The position numbers and the translations under genes are program-made. From a virus (taxonomy: Duplodnaviria; Caudoviricetes), in IMG/VR virus record IMGVR_UViG_3300036713_000105, positions 1 through 29,895 of that record: a DNA stretch of 29,895 nucleotides. One strand, given 5' to 3'. Under the pieces are notes generated by a model. It saw only the letters and a list, made by a program, of their open reading frames with translations. It ran no database searches and was not told the origin of the DNA. Below, in pieces: positions 24,671 through 29,895 of the stretch (position 1 is the first letter of the stretch; each line of letters opens with the position of its first letter).

Positions 24671-27600
24671 ATGTCCGTAAAAGACGAAATAGATTATTCT
24701 ATGTTCGGGGGAGATAGCATAGACTATTCAATGTTCGGACAGAAAGAAGAAGAGGGTCCTAGCCTAACACAAACTGGTGCTGGATTAATCTCCGAAGTGG
24801 GTATCGGTGAAGGTGCTAAGTTATATGGATCTCTTACATTTGGACCATTGGGTTACGCTATTGGGGGAATCGCTGGAGGAATCGCCGGCTCAATATCTGC
24901 ACAGAAAATAGAAGGTCGAGACGAAATATCTTGGGGGCGTGTAACGGCAGACACTTTACTTAACTTGATTCCCGGAGGATTAGGCAAAGCTAAAAAGGGT
25001 GCAAAGATACTACCTAGATTAGCTAAAGAAGGAACTAAAAGAGCTGTAGGTGGAGCTGCAATAGCTACTGGTGCAGCTCAAGTAGAGAAAGCTATCGAAG
25101 AGGGAGATTACCTTACTGTAGAAGAATTTGAAAACGCCGCAAAGCAAGGTGCATTAATCAATGTAGGTTTCGGTGCAGCTGGAGAGTTACTCAAGAAAGC
25201 GTATCCTAAGTTCGCCGGAAAAGGATCTGATGTATTAAATGATGCTTACGAAAAAGGAGACCCAGATGCTACTCAGATAGTAGAAACATTTGCTGGAGAA
25301 AATACAGTAGGTAAAGGTTCTCGATACAAAAGAATGATTCTAGAAAGAGTATATCCTTCTAAGTTGACTGGAAAAAAAGTAACATTAGATATAGATAGAG
25401 CTAAGAATGAAGCCGAAGCTGCTAGAGAGATGGGAGTTCGTATTAAGAAACAAATAGAACTAGCCGGCAAAGATGCTACCGATACAGAAAAGAAACTACT
25501 AGACGATTACGTAACTAATAAGTCCGCCGATTTACCGGAAAGATTCCGAGGTATTCAAGGTAATTTAAATCAAGTAAGAGAAAAGATAGATGAATATCAA
25601 AACACTCTTTTGAATCTTTACTACGATGGTGCACTAAAGATAGACGAAAGGATAGCTCAAAAGATAGAGGATAGCGTAGATGCTAAAAACTATTTTACTA
25701 GGGAGTACAAACTTTACGAGGACCCATCTTACGTACCTTCGGTTCAATCAACCGAAAAGCTCAAGCAGAGCTTAATGAAAGATACTATCTCTGAAGGAAA
25801 GAAACGTAAGGGTATGACTTCAGATGAAGCCAGTGAATTTGTTCAAGACATTCTAGATAAAAGAGATAGACCTCTACAGTTGCTTAACTCAGTTTACGGA
25901 AACAAAAGAGTTCTAAGAAGGAAGAAAGATTTATCTGACGAAATGAGAGAGTTTCTCGGCGAGTACGATGAACTAGAAGTAGGAGAAAAGATGTTTGGAA
26001 CTATGTCTAGATTAGGAAGACTAGCATCTGAAGAAGCTGGTAACGCTAGAGTATATGATTCTTTACTAAATACTGGTGTAGCTCAAAAGTTTGCACCCGG
26101 AAATGTACCCGAAGGATATAATAAACTATTCATAAGAAACAAAGAGTACGATGCTTATGTACCGGAGGATATAAATAGATCCCTTAATAGATTGTACGCT
26201 TCTGGAATAGCCAAAGATACTGGCAATTTTGCTTTTGATTTAGTTAAAAGAATTATGGCTACTACAACATCTGGTGCAAAATTTGTTTTAGTTCCATTGA
26301 ATGCAGCTTCATATCCAGTTCAGTTAATTGGTAATATGACATTAGCTGTAGGTCAAGGTCTTAATCCACTAGGAAGACGCTATTGGAAGGACTTTGGTAA
26401 AGGTATTAAAGTAGGATACAATGAAGTACTTCCAGAAAAACTTAAATCCAAAAAACTTTCATTGAAAGAACTAACTGAATTAAAAGAATTAAATTTAGTT
26501 AATAAAGGTGTAACTGCAGCTGATATTAAACGAGGGTTTGATGAAGGACTCGGAGGAGGCAAATTTGGTAAAGTGGTTGAAAAAGCAACTAACACAACTA
26601 GCGGTGCTTACAATTTATTTGATACAGCACAAAGATTATCCGTATTTGAAAATTATAAACATTTTTTGAAAAAGATTATCCCAGAAGATACAATAAAAGG
26701 AATGGGTAAAGATTTCAATAGATTAGCTGCGGATCTAACAAATGACACCTATATGAATTACGATAGAGTATCAAAAAACTTGAGAGCTCTTTCTAGGTAC
26801 GGATTCTTAAATGAGTTTGGTGCATTTAACTTTGAGTTAATGAGAACAACTTGGAATCAAGCTAAGTTAAATAAAAGTATGATGGATGGCAGCTTTGCTA
26901 AAAATTTAGAGGAGCAGTACAATATAAAATTACAACCAGATGCTCTATCTAAAATAAAACGAGAAGGGGGTATAAGGACTGGATTACTAGCTAGTATGTT
27001 AGGTGCAGCTAGTGTAGGTAAAGATGTATTTAATAAAACCGGTGGAGTTGATGAAGATCAAGAGGAAGCGTTGAAGGATATTGTGTACGCTCCTTGGGAA
27101 CAAGATCAAGCAATACACGTAAGGAGAGATGGAGACAAAGTTAGGTTAGCTAATATATCATATCAATTCCCAGTTGCTGAATTAACATCTGTTGTAGAAG
27201 GTGCAGAAAGAGGAGAAACATTTACCGAATCTATGTACGGTATGATCGATTCCTTGTGGGGTAAAATCGGCGGAGAAGGTGTAACAATAAATCTCAAGAA
27301 CTTTGCTGCATTTAGCAATGGATTTGATCCCAATACCGGAAGAAGAATAAGCACAAGAGAAAGGGGAAGCTTGCCAGAGACGTTAGACTTGGCTGCTTGG
27401 TACTTGGGCGAAACATTTACACCCGGAACTATTAGGGACTTTAAGAAGATAAGCGAAAGAGAAACTAATGATAATATATTTAGATATACTTTAGGTTATC
27501 GCGTAAGAAATGCTAGTATAGATGAAGCCGCCGGATATAAACTAAGAGGTATTAACACAACCTTAAATGATATTAGAGGTAGATATTCTCGTGAAGCAAA

Positions 27601-27994
27601 AGATGTTGGTAATCTAGCTAGGGAATATAATATTCAAAATAATATTTACAGACAGACCGTAGAAAGGGGTATCAAGAATATCAATAGTTTAAGAACACTT
27701 GGTTACACTGACGAACAGATACTAGCATTAGGATCAAATAAAAAAGTTAGAAAATCTCTTATGGAAGAAATGATGAGAGGTGAAGTTAAAGATATGCAAA
27801 TATCTCCTACTATGCCACGTGGTTCCAAGTACAAAGAAGATAGAGTCAAGAAATATATAGATGTAGCACAAAAACTTCCGACGGATATGGTAATGAAAAT
27901 GCTTAGAGAAGACTTTGCTAACAATAAAATAAAAGCACCAGAAGTAAAAGCTATTATGGGTGCTCTAAAAATGCAACAAGCTCTTAGTAAATAA
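24671..27994 (+). CDS. Large internal virion / DNA-ejection protein
   Basis: 1107 aa, helical; GxxxG-rich hydrophobic N-terminal segment (GYAIGGIAGGIAGSI); last gene of the late operon. Confidence 0.7.
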   Translation: MSVKDEIDYSMFGGDSIDYSMFGQKEEEGPSLTQTGAGLISEVGIGEGAKLYGSLTFGPLGYAIGGIAGGIAGSISAQKIEGRDEISWGRVTADTLLNLIPGGLGKAKKGAKILPRLAKEGTKRAVGGAAIATGAAQVEKAIEEGDYLTVEEFENAAKQGALINVGFGAAGELLKKAYPKFAGKGSDVLNDAYEKGDPDATQIVETFAGENTVGKGSRYKRMILERVYPSKLTGKKVTLDIDRAKNEAEAAREMGVRIKKQIELAGKDATDTEKKLLDDYVTNKSADLPERFRGIQGNLNQVREKIDEYQNTLLNLYYDGALKIDERIAQKIEDSVDAKNYFTREYKLYEDPSYVPSVQSTEKLKQSLMKDTISEGKKRKGMTSDEASEFVQDILDKRDRPLQLLNSVYGNKRVLRRKKDLSDEMREFLGEYDELEVGEKMFGTMSRLGRLASEEAGNARVYDSLLNTGVAQKFAPGNVPEGYNKLFIRNKEYDAYVPEDINRSLNRLYASGIAKDTGNFAFDLVKRIMATTTSGAKFVLVPLNAASYPVQLIGNMTLAVGQGLNPLGRRYWKDFGKGIKVGYNEVLPEKLKSKKLSLKELTELKELNLVNKGVTAADIKRGFDEGLGGGKFGKVVEKATNTTSGAYNLFDTAQRLSVFENYKHFLKKIIPEDTIKGMGKDFNRLAADLTNDTYMNYDRVSKNLRALSRYGFLNEFGAFNFELMRTTWNQAKLNKSMMDGSFAKNLEEQYNIKLQPDALSKIKREGGIRTGLLASMLGAASVGKDVFNKTGGVDEDQEEALKDIVYAPWEQDQAIHVRRDGDKVRLANISYQFPVAELTSVVEGAERGETFTESMYGMIDSLWGKIGGEGVTINLKNFAAFSNGFDPNTGRRISTRERGSLPETLDLAAWYLGETFTPGTIRDFKKISERETNDNIFRYTLGYRVRNASIDEAAGYKLRGINTTLNDIRGRYSREAKDVGNLAREYNIQNNIYRQTVERGIKNINSLRTLGYTDEQILALGSNKKVRKSLMEEMMRGEVKDMQISPTMPRGSKYKEDRVKKYIDVAQKLPTDMVMKMLREDFANNKIKAPEVKAIMGALKMQQALSK

Positions 27995-28035
27995 AAAACC
28001 CCCACCGGAAAACAAACAAACGGTGAGGGCTTTTT
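27993..28035. terminator. Bidirectional intrinsic terminator between the convergent arms
   Basis: Minus strand GCCCTCACCG-13 nt loop-CGGTGGGGGT-TTTTT; plus strand is also followed by TTTTT. Confidence 0.85.
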
Positions 28036-28078
28036 GGGTAGATAACGGTAGCAATAACCTAACTGAACATAACTGAAT

Positions 28079-28234
28079 CTAAGACATATTAGAAAGTAAT
28101 TCTTTGAGGTGTTTCTTCTGCTCTTGTAACTCCTTGCGGCGTTCTTCAAGAGCTTCTATTCTGTAAGAAATAGTTCTGGATTCTTCTCTTACGAGGTTGA
28201 TCCTAGTTTGCAATCTCTCTACGTTCTCCTTCAT
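28079..28234 (-). CDS. 51-aa coiled-coil protein (MKENVERLQTRINLVREESRTISYRIEALEERRKELQEQKKHLKELLSNMS)
   Basis: Translated by hand; TAATG-coupled to the upstream gene; heptad pattern. Confidence 0.75.
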   Translation of the reverse strand: MKENVERLQTRINLVREESRTISYRIEALEERRKELQEQKKHLKELLSNMS

Positions 28235-28380
28235 TATTTTTTAGTTATCTGTAAGCTTAGGGTAAAGTTAAATAAACCCACTGATAGCCAAATGATTCTA
28301 TCCCCTTTGAGTCCATCCACTTCTAAGAAGATAGATGGAAGGATATAGATTTCCGGAACTTTGAATATATGTAATCTCAT
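28234..28380 (-). CDS. 48-aa hypothetical protein
   Basis: ORF 28234..28485 with the start moved to the ATG at 28380 (ATGA overlap with the nuclease stop). Confidence 0.65.
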   Translation of the reverse strand: MRLHIFKVPEIYILPSIFLEVDGLKGDRIIWLSVGLFNFTLSLQITKK

Positions 28381-28784
28381 AAATGTAAAATAGTTGCGTC
28401 CTTTGCCGAGAGGTATCCTATTGGTTTCTCCGACTTCCCTTGTTTTGTGAACTCTGTGGAGTTCGGTAATAGTTTCGTAGTCCATTTAAAATCGTATTTA
28501 TTTCGTGTTAATTTGCTTATGTTGTAAAGATAAACAGTTTTGTTTACTTCCGTCAAGAAGATAAAGTCCTTTTGTAATCTTTTTGCTATCTCCATATTAG
28601 TGTCGTACTTCAATGCTTCAATGAACCACGGATCCCAAGCTTGAGATCTGCACTTAACTTCAATGAGGTACTTGTCGCACTCGAAATCGAATGGACTGAA
28701 TTGATCCTCTGGTTCTATCAGATTACCAAGTTGGGGGTAGAGTTTTTCGAGTCCTCTTGCGACTGCTCTTTCTTTGTCTTTCAT
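28377..28784 (-). CDS. PD-(D/E)XK family nuclease
   Basis: E...FSPFDF...YLIEVKCR motif. Confidence 0.75.
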   Translation of the reverse strand: MKDKERAVARGLEKLYPQLGNLIEPEDQFSPFDFECDKYLIEVKCRSQAWDPWFIEALKYDTNMEIAKRLQKDFIFLTEVNKTVYLYNISKLTRNKYDFKWTTKLLPNSTEFTKQGKSEKPIGYLSAKDATILHL

Positions 28785-28792
28785 AAATTAAG

Positions 28793-28860
28793 TGATGTAG
28801 GCGGCGAAAGGGAATATGAATGAACCCACCGCCATCTTAATAGGCGGACTACCTACATCA
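28793..28860 (-). other. Structured intergenic RNA element (three-way junction)
   Basis: Closing stem TGATGTAGG/CCTACATCA; inner CCGCC/GGCGG and GGG/CCC hairpins. Confidence 0.55.
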
Positions 28861-28873
28861 AAGTCAAAATAGT

Positions 28874-29895
28874 CTAATAAAATATACCTCTGTTAGTATA
28901 GAACTTGAACTTACCTTTCACGTCTCTCTCTCCTTCTCTGTTCTTTGCTACGTTATATTTCATACTGATGTAAGATCCCAATCCGTCAAGTCTCTTTGAT
29001 GCTTCTATGTCATCATTTTCTGCCCACATAAGAATGATAACGTCTGCATCGTTCTCAATGTCCCCGGAGTCCTTGAGGTCGTAGATAGCTAGACCACCTT
29101 CTCGGCGAGCTCCCTCTCTGTTTACTTGAGAGAGGAGTAGAACTCCTACCTCTAGCTCAAGAGCTAGTTGCTTGATAGTATGAGAGATGTTAGCGATAGC
29201 ATCGTTCTTACTTTGGTTACTTGAATTAAATGGGATAAGTTGTAGATAATCTATTACTAAAAGTTTTACACCGTATCTTCGTACCATAGTTCTAGCGTGA
29301 GAACAAAGCTCCCCAATGTTCTTAATGCTATGAACTGTATAGATGGGCATACCCTTGAGACTCTCACATCCTTTGCGGACTTTCTCCATTCTTTCCTCTG
29401 AGATTACACCATCCTTAATTTGGCGTAGGTTAGCTTGGGACTTAGCTTGTAGTATTCTCTTAAGCACTTGCTTTCTAGGCATCTCTAGGCTAAATACGCC
29501 GCATTTAGTACCATCCTTGTAGGCTGCTCTAGCTACAATATTTAAAGCTAGCTGGGATTTACCACAAGATGTAGGAGCAGAGATAACCACAACCTCGCCG
29601 GCTCCGATACCTCCGTTACCTAGCTTCTCGTCTAGGTGTGGAAGATGGGTTTTGATTACGTCCTCTTTCCATTCGCCGGACAACTGCTGTTCAAACTCTG
29701 TTTGGAGTTCGTCAATTGCGGAATCGATGGTCATATCAAAACCAGTTGTGGTCTCTAAGTCCAAGAGCTTACTCTCTACATCTGCGCGGATACTATCAGT
29801 CCCCTCTGATTCATCCTCGGCTTTCTCAAGAGCAACCCTAAAGGTTCTTATCATCTTGCGAAGGTTTGATTTCTCCTTCACAACATTAGCACAGT
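28874..29895 (-). CDS. dnaB: Replicative DNA helicase, DnaB family (N-terminus outside the window)
   Basis: Walker A ISAPTSCGKS, FSLEM, LVIDYLQLI, LLSQVNR, DLKDSGDIENDAD, VAKNREG; frame open to the window end. Confidence 0.95.
   Translation of the reverse strand, partial: CANVVKEKSNLRKMIRTFRVALEKAEDESEGTDSIRADVESKLLDLETTTGFDMTIDSAIDELQTEFEQQLSGEWKEDVIKTHLPHLDEKLGNGGIGAGEVVVISAPTSCGKSQLALNIVARAAYKDGTKCGVFSLEMPRKQVLKRILQAKSQANLRQIKDGVISEERMEKVRKGCESLKGMPIYTVHSIKNIGELCSHARTMVRRYGVKLLVIDYLQLIPFNSSNQSKNDAIANISHTIKQLALELEVGVLLLSQVNREGARREGGLAIYDLKDSGDIENDADVIILMWAENDDIEASKRLDGLGSYISMKYNVAKNREGERDVKGKFKFYTNRGIFY

Noticed and set aside
2251-27354. Many short antisense or out-of-frame ORFs in the track (e.g. 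2983..3285, 6604..6990, 17118..17330, 17461..17991)
   Set aside because: They are shadows of well-supported sense genes and show no motifs or coupling signals
1958-27994. Stop-codon reassignment
   Set aside because: Genes tile densely under the standard code, and TAA, TAG and TGA all act as stops
27703-28149. 148-aa minus-strand ORF
   Set aside because: It crosses the terminator and is antisense to the ejection gene; the 51-aa ORF at 28079..28234 explains the region better
28793-28860. Hammerhead ribozyme or tRNA
   Set aside because: No CUGANGA core and no T-loop/anticodon cloverleaf
29356-29366. TGAGA-C-TCTCA palindrome in dnaB as a further operator
   Set aside because: Only 5-1-5 and lacks the conserved flanks; plausible by chance

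Overview
This window is about 30 kb of a tailed dsDNA bacteriophage genome with podovirus-like morphogenesis; no bacterial housekeeping genes, tRNA/rRNA, CRISPR or integrase were seen. (1) 1-1220 holds leftward, AT-rich, very small early-type genes with a shared leader motif. (2) ~1220-1957 is a divergent control region with a leftward sigma70-like promoter, boxA-like elements, RNA hairpins, an IHF-like site, two 21-bp Fur-box-like palindromes and a G-run/CA/TA-repeat tract. (3) 1958-27994 is a rightward late operon: putative TerS, TerL, portal, tail-lysozyme-like protein, scaffold, DUF5309/SU10-type major capsid, adaptor, a nested lectin-like fibre, holin-like genes, an accessory cassette ending in a PEP-CTERM protein, five tiny basic proteins, nozzle, tail fibre and three internal (ejection) proteins. 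(4) 28079-end is a convergent leftward replication arm with a PD-(D/E)XK nuclease and a DnaB helicase. The most unusual signals are a phage-borne PEP-CTERM sorting signal (suggesting a host with an exosortase, e.g. Verrucomicrobia), three near-identical 7-1-7 operator palindromes around the packaging genes, a repeated 'compressed' promoter motif (TYGAYA-N7-TAHWAT-A) in front of structural genes, a pseudoknot over the scaffold RBS, and a matryoshka-nested fibre protein. All family assignments are from motif recognition by eye, not database searches.
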